NCBI RefSeq assembly: GCF_001194135.2
Contig: NC_069008.1
Span: 16,760,532-16,797,951 of the forward strand
From: Octopus bimaculoides
Lineage: Eukaryota
Reading direction: 5' to 3'
DNA length: 37,420 nucleotides
How positions within the stretch are numbered: position 1 is the stretch's first letter; every line of letters starts with the position of its first letter. A program made the translations under genes and the position numbers. This document shows positions 12,201-22,269 of the stretch, piece by piece. Under the pieces are notes generated by a model. The model saw only the letters and a list, made by a program, of their open reading frames with translations. It had not been told where the DNA came from and made no database searches.

Positions 12201-12640
12201 TGTATATATACCTCTGTCTCTCTATTTCTTTCTGTCTATCTGTGTGTGTCTCTCTCTCTCTTTCATTGAGTTTTTCCCTGCCGTTTCTCTCTCTCTCTCT
12301 CCCTCATATATTACCCTCCCACTCACATCTACTCGCCTCCTTCTCCTCCCTCTCGCGTCTTCTCTCATCCCTGTGCAGAATCAATTTTCTTCTCTCTTTT
12401 CCACATCTTTCGCCCATTTCGGATGACTTTCACCATTCCTGTGATTGTTGAAAGACTTTCCCCCAGACAATTTCCATCCAACTTCCTTCTCTTCGTCTGT
12501 AATTCCATCACCTTCTTCTTCTCCATCTCTCTCTCTCTGTCTCTCTCTCTCCTATCTTTGTCTGTGTCAGGTTCTTTTTCTTTTTCTTTCTCCTGCATCT
12601 TGGCAACTTTTGATTTGCTGGGTTTTTTTTTTGGTTTTAT
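9230..12640. repeat. About 3.4-kb pyrimidine-rich (+) / purine-rich (-) tract containing a degenerate ~80-bp minisatellite
   Basis: Very low G on the plus strand. TGCACCTCACACT(C/T)TGAT-like anchors at about 9421, 9504, 9587, 9660, 9740, 9813 and 9894. (ATCT)n at about 11805-11910. Confidence 0.9.
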
Positions 12641-12727
12641 GTTTTTGTTGTAGAAATGTAAGATTGAAAATGTCTTAGAGAAATACACACTCACACACAC
12701 ACACATGTAGATATATAGATAAACAGG

Positions 12728-12775
<48 letters not shown>

Positions 12776-14112
12776 CATAGATAGATGGATAGATAGACAG
12801 ACAGACAGGTAGATAGACAGACAGACATAGATGGATAGATAGATAGACAGACATAGATAGATAGAAAGATAGATAGATAGATAGACAGACACACATAGAT
12901 AGGTAGATAGATAGATAGATAGATAGATAGATGGATGGACAGACATAGATCGATAGAGAAAGAGATAGACGGACACACTCAGTCATAAATAAATCGACTG
13001 ACACAGCGACTTATAAACAGAGAGAAAAATAAATAGCTTGATAAAATTGGAAGACAGACAAACAGATAGACTGAAAAACAGGCAAACTGACAGATAAAGA
13101 GAGATGTATAAATAGATAGAAAGAGAGATATAGACAGACAGGTAGGTAAATAAATAGACAGGGAGAGACGTAGAAAAAGAAATAGATAAATAAATTGAGA
13201 GAGACAGCTTGGTACAGAGGGACAGGCAGACAGATAAAGTGAGAGACGTATAAAGAGAGATAGATAATAGATGGAGAGACAGACAGACAGAAATAAACAT
13301 AGATAGAGAGAGAGAGAGAGAGATAGACAGACAGACATAGATACGTAGATAGATAGATAGATAGATAGATATGGATGGACAGATAGATAGATTGACAGAT
13401 AGATAGATAGTTAGATAGATAGATAGATCAAGATAGATAGATAGGGAAATAGATAGATAGATAGATGGATAGATAGGTAGATAGAACTGTAAAGGAATAT
13501 ATTTTCTAAGAATGACGAGAATATTCTTGCAGAATTATCTAAATGCTCAGTAAAAAAAAAAACAGTTGAATTTCAAAGAGATAATTTAATTCTAGAAGAC
13601 ACGTATAAACGCCAACACATGAAACTCTTGGACTTCGAATCACTCGTGCCACTTCTGCTAAATATTAATAAAAATTCATACACACACACNNNNNNNNNNN
13701 NNNNNNNNNNNNNNNNNNNNNNNNNNNNNNNNNNNNNNNNNNNNNNNNNNNNNNNNNNNNNNNNNNNNNNNNNNNNNNNNNNNNNNNNNNNNNNNNNNNN
13801 NNNNNNNNNNNNNNNNNNNNNNNNNNNNNNNNNNNNNNNNNNNNNNNNNNNNNNNNNNNNNNNNNNNNNNNNNNNNNNNNNNNNNNNNNNNNNNNNNNNN
13901 NNNNNNNNNNNNNNNNNNNNNNNNNNNNNNNNNNNNNNNNNNNNNNNNNNNNNNNNNNNNNNNNNNNNNNNNNNNNNNNNNNNNNNNNNNNNNNNNNNNN
14001 NNNNNNNNNNNNNNNNNNNNNNNNNNNNNNNNNNNNNNNNNNNNNNNNNNNNNNNNNNNNNNNNNNNNNNNNNNNNNNNNNNNNNNNNNNNNNNNNNNNN
14101 NNNNNNNNNNNN

Positions 14113-14293
14113 GTAATAGACAAAGTGGGTCGGCAAGGTGTCGGCCTTCTTTGAAGTGGTCATGTTGTACTCTTTGTCCAACCACTTCAAAGGGTCATTG
14201 AAGAAAAGGTCAGCTTCATCCACATAGTGGTCAGTCTGGGAGAGATTCGGTTCGCATGTCAAGAATCGCATTGGCACTCGTCTGTGGATATGG
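14113..14293 (-). CDS. PIGB: PIGB exon (equivalent to human exon 11), 3' end lost in gap 13690-14112
   Basis: gtttgcag|C HIHRRVPMRFLTCEPNLSQTDHYVDEADLFFNDPLKWLDKEY...LPTHFVYY then N-run; matches human HVHCPLPMRFLQCPPDL...DEADVFY.NPL.WL. Confidence 0.93.
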
Positions 14294-14350
14294 CTGCAAA
14301 CGAAAAAAACAAAGGATAAAAACACATCATCAGGGAGTCAGCTAACTATA

Positions 14351-14801
14351 GAAAGGGGTGCTGGAAAGTTTCTGGCTTTAAGGGTTTCATGGAAGCCAAA
14401 CCTTCTGGGTTCTTTTACAGGGGTTAGAAAAACTGAAGGACCCCTGCAATAAGTGTGTGAATCTGAGAAGGGAATAGGTTGGATAAAATCATAATTAACT
14501 AATCTTCCTCTATTTTCTTTTACCCAAAGCCAGGGAATTTTCAACACTCCTAATATATATACATATATACATAAATATATCTACGAAGGGGTGTTGAAAA
14601 GTTCCTGGCTTTTAAGGGTGTCATGAAAGGCCTGGTTGGAGGCCCAAACTTCTGAGTTCTTTTACAGGGTTTAGAAAAACTGAAGGACCCCTGTGATAAG
14701 TGTGTGAATCTAAGTAGGGAATATGTTGGATAAAAGCATAATTAAGTGATCCTCCTGGATTTTCTTTTATCCAAAGATAGGAACTTTTTAGCACTCCTTT
14801 G
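14351..14801 (+). mobile_element. Two tandem mariner-derived MITEs (about 14351-14552 and 14584-14801)
   Basis: TA|CGAAGGGGTGTTGAAAAGTTCCTGGCT terminus with the matching inverted end. The interior encodes a mariner transposase C-terminus remnant (LLQGLEKLKDP...KCVNL..EYVG). Confidence 0.8.
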
Positions 14802-14839
14802 TGTGTGTTCGAGTGTATGTGTTTGTGTGTATGTGTTTG

Positions 14840-15050
14840 TGTGTGTATGTGTTTGCCCTTAGCTATTGCTTGAAATCTGGTGCTGGTTCATTTACATCCC
14901 CCTAAATTAGCAGTTCAGCAAAAGGGACAGATGTAATATGTACCAGGCATAAAAGAGAAAAAAAAAAAAATGACAGGGATCGATTTGTTTAATAATTAAA
15001 CCCCTTCAATGCAGTGGCCCCAGCATGGCTGCAGTTCAACAATTAATTGA
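14840..15050 (+). mobile_element. SINE family A, 3' half
   Basis: ...tttacatcccc...gcagtggccccagcatggctgcagt. Confidence 0.7.
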
Positions 15051-15100
15051 AGCAAAAAAAAAAAAAATCAACAACAACAATGACGAATATTCAAAATTAC

Positions 15101-15517
15101 CTGTAAAACGGGGTCGAATGACAGGGCATGAGGAAGAGCACACGAGAAGTAGGGGTCAACTTTTCAGGAGCAAATTCATCATGAAGGAACTTTGTCACAA
15201 GCACCGTACCCCTTTGATGGATCAGATTGAAATAAAACGCAAGGGGTAGGTTTGTGACTGCGAGAAATATCAGCAGATAATAAGCCTTCGTTAGGCGTGA
15301 TTTCTGAACGAAGTACTTCTTCTTTTGTTCGCTGTCCGGTGAAGCATTTTCCGAAGTATTCTCCGGAGATGGAAACGAATGACCTTTTCCTGAAGAATGC
15401 GGCTTCGTGTTGGACTGCAAGTCTTCGGTGCACAACGAGTGGAAGTAAATTCCGCAGTAATGCATTGACAAGGGGATCGTATGCATCACGAAACGGAACT
15501 CCTTGTGACTGAGGAAG
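15101..15517 (-). CDS. PIGB: PIGB exon (equivalent to human exons 9+10, with a 46-aa insertion)
   Basis: ctacctccag|C FLSHKEFRFV...LIHQRGT...VLFLMPCHSTPFY AG|gtaatt. 417 nt; HKEFRF, HQRG and MPCHSTP motifs present. Confidence 0.96.
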
Positions 15518-16066
15518 CTGGAGGTAGAAGATGGATAAAAGAAAACGAACGGTTGAAAGAATGCAAAAGACATACGAAAGAATGATTCTGAAATTCTTTC
15601 AGGTTTTACAAGAATAACAAGAGGGTGCGTCATTCTTTAGTCCTTTATGTGAAATCAAGTGTTCAAACACAAGCACACACACTCAACTGTCAATAGTCCA
15701 GTCTACCTAGCTGTAAGTAGGTGCCATACTTACCATTTGACACACAAAAGGTTATGTACGTACACACACCCATTCACGTGCACACACACAGATACCCCCC
15801 CCCACACACACATACACATGAACACACACACACACACACTCACCCATGCAAACAAATACAAGACCACACACACAAAAGACCAAAAACCTACACACAGACA
15901 TACACACACACAACCATCCCTAACCCCACATCAACAGACACACACAAAAGACCTGAAATCTCATGCACATACACACAAACTAAGTCACATACAAACACAC
16001 ACACACTGGTTCCCCTCCCCTCCAACACACACACACACACACACGAGACTTGAGACCATACCACAC

Positions 16067-16324
16067 CTGTATATCAAGAGAGTCCAGAGGATGACGGTGA
16101 ACAGGGACTTGTTCCTGGCCTTGCACACCCCAGCAACAAACGGCACAAGGTGAGTTGCTATGATGACAGGGTAGCCCTGCGTCACATACCAGTGCCACGG
16201 GTGGGTGCCATAGTGCGAACCAAGGTTGGACACCACGTTGAACTTGAAGAAGTTGTACTGTACAAGGACAAATTTGCCGTAGCCAAGGTAATCAACCAGA
16301 GTGGACAGAGTAAGACAGGACCCA
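16067..16324 (-). CDS. PIGB: PIGB exon (equivalent to human exons 7+8)
   Basis: tactccacag|T GSCLTLSTLVDYLGYGKFVLVQYNFFKFNVVSNLGSHYGTHPWHWYVTQGYPVIIATHLVPF...VILWTLLIY AG|gtgtgg. 258 nt; contains the YG.HPWHWY signature. Confidence 0.96.
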
Positions 16325-16740
16325 CTGTGGAGTATAAAAAGAAAAGACGGACGTAAACAGAGTGATCAAAATACCTAATTATGTACATACATACATACAT
16401 ATATATATACATATACACACACACACACACATATATATAGACAGACAGACAGGCAGGCAGATATATCTCAAAGAAAGTAAGGAATGGAAAATTGTAAACA
16501 AAGTCTACATATGTTTCAAAGCAGCACTTTATGTTTTACATAACTTATAACACATGCAAAAACAATTTGTAGGTCAAATTACCTTTGGATTGTTTACGTC
16601 ATTGCATGGAGAAGAGTGAATGATTTGCTAATTCTGTCACAGTAAAATGGTTGCAGGAAAAAAAAAAAATACTAAGCCAAATAACCAATGAAATCAATTG
16701 TTAGCAGGTAAGCAGCCATACACACACACACGCACACAAT

Positions 16741-16894
16741 CATCATCATCATCATCCTCATTTAACATCCGCTTCCCATGCTGGCATGGGTTGGATGGTT
16801 TGACTGAGAACTGGCAAACCAGGAGGCTGCACCAGGCTCCAATCTAATCTGGCAGAGTTTCTACAGCTGGATGCCCTTCCAAATGCCAACCACC
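16741..16894 (-). mobile_element. RTE 3'-UTR-type repeat, antisense, abutting the 3' half of SINE family A
   Basis: Same subtype as 981-1130 (ctccaatctaatctggcagagtttctacagctgg). Confidence 0.75.
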
Positions 16895-17130
16895 CAAATG
16901 TGTGTGTGTGTGTGTGTGTATGTATGTGTGTATATATCTATATGTGTGTGTACCTTTGTGTCTGTGTTTGTTCCACCACCACCACTTGACAACAGATGTG
17001 TGTTTACATCCTTGTAACTTAGCAGTTTGGCAGAAGAGACTGATACAACAGGTACCAACTTGAAAAAAAAAAAACTATAAATTCGCAAAGGTGGTGCAGC
17101 ATCACACTCATAGTCTCATGATTGAAGCGT

Positions 17131-17290
17131 CCTGTGCTGGTGGCACATAACAGGCACCCGTGCCAATGGCACGTAAGAGGCACCCACTACACGCTTGGAG
17201 CGGTTGGTGTTAGGAAGGGTGTCCAGCCATAGAAACCAAGTCACAATCAGACTGGAACCTGGTGCAGCTCCCCAGCTGACCAGTTCCAGC
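17131..17290 (+). mobile_element. RTE 3'-UTR-type repeat, tail missing
   Basis: gtgctggtggcacataa...cacccactacacgcttggagcggttggtgttaggaaggg...; stops at the Penelope-like relic. Confidence 0.65.
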
Positions 17291-17300
17291 GCTCTTCGGA

Positions 17301-17510
17301 TCCCTGGCCAGCCATGTGTGCCGCCTCAAAGATGAAGGGACCCCATATGATATCAAGTGGAGGATTTGAGAGCGGCTGGGACCCTACGTTAACGGGACGA
17401 AACGCTGCAAGCTTTGTATAGCTGAGTGAACAAGGCTTCTTAAAACCTCCCAGAAACCCGAATCACTGGTCACTCTCCAAATAATTTACAGCCCTTGTAT
17501 CCATTTCAAA
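17301..17510 (+). mobile_element. Penelope-like retroelement relic (C-terminal part of the GIY-YIG endonuclease)
   Basis: SLASHVCRLKDEGTPYDIKWRI*ERLGPYVNGTKRCKLCIAE*...IIYSPCIH resembles the PLE pattern LS.(Y/H)(I/V)W.LK...Y.I.W.I...PY...K.C.LC..EK...EL.S.CRH. Two in-frame stops (17367, 17427). Confidence 0.75.
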
Positions 17511-17790
17511 TGCAACCTACAGCAAGCATGGGATTCCACGTTCTCCGATTGGACCCAGAAAAATCTTTACAATCTAAAAACAGCCAGAGGAAAACAAAAC
17601 AGAAAAACGAACACTGTTCCCCCTCTTTTGGCCCACAATGAACTAGTCTAAGGGAGATAACCCATCCTCACTGACACCCGGACTATTCTTTCGTGACTTC
17701 CTGATCAGATGGCCCTAACACATTCCTGCCTCCCAGAGGTGAAAAGTTATATTCGTCTTCGAATGTAACTTCGAATGTTGTCGAATACGA

Positions 17791-17982
17791 AAGGTGGTGA
17801 GCTGGCAGAAGCGTTAGCACGCCGGGCGAAATGCTTAGCTGTGTTTCGTCTGTCTCTACGTTCTGAGTTCAAATTCCGCCGAGGTCGACTTTGCCTTTCA
17901 TCCTTTCGATAAATTAAGTAGCAGTTGTGTACTGGGGTCGATGTAATCGACTGGTCTTCTTCCCAAAAATTTCGGGCCTTGT
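17791..17982 (+). mobile_element. tRNA-derived SINE family D with a 15-bp target-site duplication
   Basis: A-box-like TGGCAGAAGCG and B box GAGTTCAAATTCC; flanked by GAATGTTGTCGAATA at 17773-17787 and 17983-17997. Confidence 0.85.
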
Positions 17983-18145
17983 GAATGTTGTCGAATATGA
18001 GAATCTTAAGAAAAGCGACTGATACAGTCTTAACTAAAGGGAAGCAACTCAGCAGGTCTAATTTTTTTTTTAATGTAAAACGAATGTCTTTTTTGATCTC
18101 TGAAACCATTCACAGCGAAATTAAATTTCATGGTTATTCTGATGT

Positions 18146-18362
18146 AAAGGCGCATCGCCCAGTGGTTAGGGTGTTTCACTCACATCTAGAGATCATGGGT
18201 TCGATTTCCAGAACGAGCAGCGCAATGTTTTGAGCAAAACGCTTCATTTCACATTGCCTCAGTCCACTCAGCCGTAAATGGTTAATCCTACGATTGACTA
18301 GTCTTTTAATCAAGGGAAACGTTGGCTTACTCGCCTTGCCAGTGGGGTGGCATTATTCGAAA
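18146..18362 (+). mobile_element. tRNA-derived SINE family E (CORE-like central domain)
   Basis: A-box-like CGCCCAGTGG, B box GGTTCGATTTCC, then ttgagcaaaac...cagtccactcagccgtaaatgg. Confidence 0.7.
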
Positions 18363-18481
18363 GTTAAAAAGCACTGTCTTATTATGCATGCGATACTTTG
18401 GTCAGACGAAAAATCGTCTTGCATGCCACTGGTCTGTGGTGCAAGAAATATTGAGGACCGCTGCTTTTTCGGGATACTTAC

Positions 18482-18631
18482 ATGGCTAAAACGTAGAGGA
18501 CACACAGACGGAGAGAGAAGGAGTTCTGAAGATGCCAACCACAGAGAAGAATCCACGTGATGACGGAGGTCGGTCGTACAATGACAGAGAGTCCAGCGAC
18601 CAAAAGGAACTTGAGGGTGGAATTGCGGTCC
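18482..18631 (-). CDS. PIGB: PIGB exon (equivalent to human exon 6)
   Basis: ttatttcag|G DRNSTLKFLLVAGLSVIVRPTSVITWILLCGWHLQNSFSLRLCVLYVLA AT|gtaagt. 150 nt; conserved (I/V)RPT..I.W motif. Confidence 0.93.
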
Positions 18632-18714
18632 CTGAAATAAGAAAAGATACAGAAGAAGAGATGAGAGATGAGAGACAAAAAGGAACAGAGGAACAGAAGT
18701 GTATATATATGTGT

Positions 18715-19062
18715 GTGTACATGAATATCAGTCCTTTCCGTCAATTTGTTTGACTAAAACACTTTTAAGATGGTGCTACAGCATGGCCACAATCTAATGA
18801 CTGAAACAAATAAAAGGGAACAGATGTGTATGTGTGTGTGTGTGTGTGTATCTGTGTTTGTTCCCTCTCACTGCTTGAGAACCAGTCTTGGTTTGTTTAC
18901 ATCCCTGTAACTTAGCTGTTTGGCAAAAGGAGTCTGATAGAATAGGTACCAGATTTTTTTTTAAAAATACAAAAAAAAAAACAAAAAAACTGCAGTCAAT
19001 CTGTTTGATCTTTTTAGGTGGTGCTCCAGCTCGGCCGCAGTCCAGTGAATGAAACAAACAAA
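18715..19062 (+). mobile_element. Two tandem SINE family A 3' fragments
   Basis: ggtgctacagcatggccacaatctaatgactgaaac and ggtgctccagctcggccgcagtcc. Confidence 0.7.
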
Positions 19063-19110
19063 AGACAAAAGATATGAACAAGGGAAAAAAACAAAAAAAA
19101 AAAAACTTAC

Positions 19111-19340
19111 TTTGGTTTCAATTTTGGCCAAGGGTAATGATACAGAGCGATGACCGTGAGGGCTGTCTCAGCCCCGTTGGTCAAGGTGCGAGGGTAGGTG
19201 TAGAGCAAAAACCAGGACAATATCTCACAGACCAAAGTCCACTGCGCCGTGGCCGTGCCGCTGAGGCGCAATGAGAGCTTGTAGAGATAGAAGTCACCAG
19301 TGGCAGCAAGGAGCCCCTGCAACACGCGAGGGGCTTTAAT
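19111..19340 (-). CDS. PIGB: PIGB exon (equivalent to human exons 4+5)
   Basis: ctcttttcag|IKAPRVLQGLLAATGDFYLYK...SWFLLYTYPRTLTNGAETALTVIALYHYPWPKLKP(K)|gtaagt. 230 nt; contains the RTLTN..ET motif. Phase is compatible with the flanking exons. Confidence 0.95.
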
Positions 19341-19577
19341 CTGAAAAGAGTATTATTTGTGTAGTCAGCATGTGAGGTTTGATTGAAGAGTATTGGGGTG
19401 GTTGTTACAGTAATAAAGCTAAAGCAACCAGGGTGAAGCCATGTGGAACGGATTGCCCTTGAATTCTGTCATGCATCATGCAGTCACACTAAGTTATTAC
19501 ACATTCGCTCACTTTTGTTGCTTATAGCAGTGCATGGAGAGCCTCCCCTCTTTATGCCAATAATGTTATCCAAAGGA

Positions 19578-19766
19578 AAGGTAAAGGGGTTGATACAGCT
19601 TGGCACCAGTGACATCGCAACTCATTTCTACAACTGAGTGGACTGGAGCAACGTGAGATAAGAAAATCTTGCTCAAAAACACAACATGCAGCTCGGTCCA
19701 GGAATCGAACTCACTACCTCATGATTGTGAGCCCGATGCTCTAACCACTGAGCCATGTGCCTTCAC
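19578..19766 (-). mobile_element. tRNA-derived SINE family E
   Basis: On the minus strand: A box TGGCTCAGTGG (19745-19755), B box GAGTTCGATTCC (19701-19712), CORE-like ttgagcaag...cagtccactcag. Confidence 0.8.
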
Positions 19767-19892
19767 TGTGTGTCAGAATAAAAGAGATGATAACGGAAGA
19801 ACAGCTTTGGTCATAAGTCAGCTTGGTCAGTTATCTCGGGACCTATACAACATAAATAAATAAATAAATAAATAGTTGGAGGATATATTTAC

Positions 19893-20010
19893 CAATAGGA
19901 TCCTGTAGTCCAGTCTGAGAATGTGCAAGACTTTGTAGAGAACAGTAAAGACGGAGGGATAAAGGTAGCCACGCAGGGCATTCCTCCATTCCCAAGTCTG
20001 ATAGCCATAA
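19893..20010 (-). CDS. PIGB: PIGB exon (equivalent to human exon 3)
   Basis: ctcttcacag|T TAT GGC... YGYQTWEWRNALRGYLYPSVFTVLYKVLHILRLDYRILL |gtaaat. 118 nt; matches human [21 protein letters not shown]. Confidence 0.95.
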
Positions 20011-21618
20011 CTGTGAAGAGAAAGAGAGAACAACACCATCAGTGAAACACAGAGTGATGGATTAACAACTGAGCAAAATAAACAAGTGAAGGATGGAGCA
20101 CCACAGAAATGGTAAATGGTTTACAACACAAAAGAAATCACTTTGAATTTGCTTAAATAATATTTGAAATGCCTTATGTCTACTAAGTGTAAGATTAATT
20201 TTGAGGATCTGATCAAAAAATTAACCATTAGAATCTCATCGAAGACTTTGCGATTAAAACAAGTAGGAGAAAACTTCTTCAAATCTAAATAAAATGGAAG
20301 AATATAAAAATAAATATTTTTCCATCTTTTGTTTCATTTTGAAAAATAAAAGTTTATTATATGGTTTGTTATTGTTTATATTTTAAACTACATACACGGG
20401 GGGGGGGGTTACCAAACTCTTTTAAGTGTTTATGGCCTCTACGGGTCTTAATCCGGACCTGCTACACACAACCCTCCCCCTCTTAGAACTTTGGCCCTCT
20501 GCTTAAATAATATTTTAGGAAATATANNNNNNNNNNNNNNNNNNNNNNNNNNNNNNNNNNNNNNNNNNNNNNNNNNNNNNNNNNNNNNNNNNNNNNNNNN
20601 NNNNNNNNNNNNNNNNNNNNNNNNNNNNNNNNNNNNNNNNNNNNNNNNNNNNNNNNNNNNNNNNNNNNNNNNNNNNNNNNNNNNNNNNNNNNNNNNNNNN
20701 NNNNNNNNNNNNNNNNNNNNNNNNNNNNNNNNNNNNNNNNNNNNNNNNNNNNNNNNNNNNNNNNNNNNNNNNNNNNNNNNNNNNNNNNNNNNNNNNNNNN
20801 NNNNNNNNNNNNNNNNNNNNNNNNNNNNNNNNNNNNNNNNNNNNNNNNNNNNNNNNNNNNNNNNNNNNNNNNNNNNNNNNNNNNNNNNNNNNNNNNNNNN
20901 NNNNNNNNNNNNNNNNNNNNNNNNNNNNNNNNNNNNNNNNNNNNNNNNNNNNNNNNNNNNNNNNNNNNNNNNNNNNNNNNNNNNNNNNNNNNNNNNNNNN
21001 NNNNNNNNNNNNNNNNNNNNNNNNNNNNNNNNNNNNNNNNNNNNNNNNNNNNNNNNNNNNNNNNNNNNNNNNNNNNNNNNNNNNNNNNNNNNNNNNNNNN
21101 NNNNNNNNNNNNNNNNNNNNNNNNNNNNNNNNNNNNNNNNNNNNNNNNNNNNNNNNNNNNNNNNNNNNNNNNNNNNNNNNNNNNNNNNNNNNNNNNNNNN
21201 NNNNNNNNNNNNNNNNNNNNNNNNNNNNNNNNNNNNNNNNNNNNNNNNNNNNNNNNNNNNNNNNNNNNNNNNNNNNNNNNNNNNNNNNNNNNNNNNNNNN
21301 NNNNNNNNNNNNNNNNNNNNNNNNNNNNNNNNNNNNNNNNNNNNNNNNNNNNNNNNNNNNNNNNNNNNNNNNNNNNNNNNNNNNNNNNNNNNNNNNNNNN
21401 NNNNNNNNNNNNNNNNNNNNNNNNNNNNNNNNNNNNNNNNNNNNNNNNNNNNNNNNNNNNNNNNNAAAAAAAAAACAACATAAAATTTAAACATAAACAT
21501 CTTGATATACTAATCTAAAATTACTGGTACAGGTGCTACATAAAAAAAAAAAGAAAAGCTACAACACATATCATTTCAGTATTTAGCCCTTTGGTGTCCA
21601 GATTATTTTGTTAAATGT

Positions 21619-21878
21619 AAAAGGTAAAGACCCCTTTGGTCAAGGATGACCATGGGATTGCACCTAGAAAGTCCCCCTCCAAGACACAAGTCCAAGCAGG
21701 GTTGTTTATGGAAGACCAGCAGTCACCCATGTTACCGAAGGCCGATACAGCTTAGCACCATGACGTTACAACTCATTCCTACAGCTGATAGAACTGGAGC
21801 AACGTGAAGTAGTCCGGGAATTGAACTCACTACCTAATGATTGTGAGCCTGAGGCTCTAACCACTCAACCACACGCCT
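21619..21878 (-). mobile_element. tRNA-derived SINE family E, internally deleted
   Basis: Shares head and AAAGGTAAAG end with 19578-19766. Confidence 0.65.
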
Positions 21879-22044
21879 ATACATGCACCTTTGATGAGTT
21901 GTAGTGCACAATAATTTCATTATTATTATTATAGATTGACATACAGATAGATAGACAGACAAACAGATAGATAGGTAGATATGTGTGTGTGTGTGTGTCC
22001 TTCACTTGACAGTCGGTGTTGGATTGTTTACATGCAAGTAACCT

Positions 22045-22269
22045 GTTGTTGGCAATCCGTCGCTTACGACGCTGAGGGTTTTAGTTGATCCGATCAACGG
22101 AACAGCCTGCTCGTGAAATTAACGTTCGCCACCATCCCCTGCCGGAGCCTCGTGGAGCTTTTAGGTGTTTTCACTCAATAAACACTCACAACACCTGATC
22201 TGGGAATCGAAACCGCCATCCTATGACCGCGAGTTCGCTGCCCTAACCACTGGGCCATTGCGCCTCCAC
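22045..22269 (-). mobile_element. tRNA-derived SINE nested in a family A copy, 12-bp target-site duplication
   Basis: Head TGGCCCAGTGGTTAGG...GGTTTCGATTCCC; TGCAAGTAACCT at 22033-22044 and 22270-22281; the family A 3' half resumes on both sides. Confidence 0.85.

Noticed and set aside
16150-16356. Plus-strand ORFs antisense to PIGB exons (also 15297-15512), considered as PIGBOS1-like microproteins
   Set aside because: Shadows of the coding strand; no single-pass TM microprotein resembling PIGBOS1 was seen near the PIGB 5' region.
20398-20409. Poly-G runs (also 1559-1570, 3170-3180) as G-quadruplex elements
   Set aside because: Single homopolymer runs, two of them close to gaps; length unreliable and no supporting context.
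17791-22269. tRNA genes suggested by A/B boxes
   Set aside because: No cloverleaf or acceptor stem; the boxes continue into dispersed SINE bodies, two of them with TSDs.
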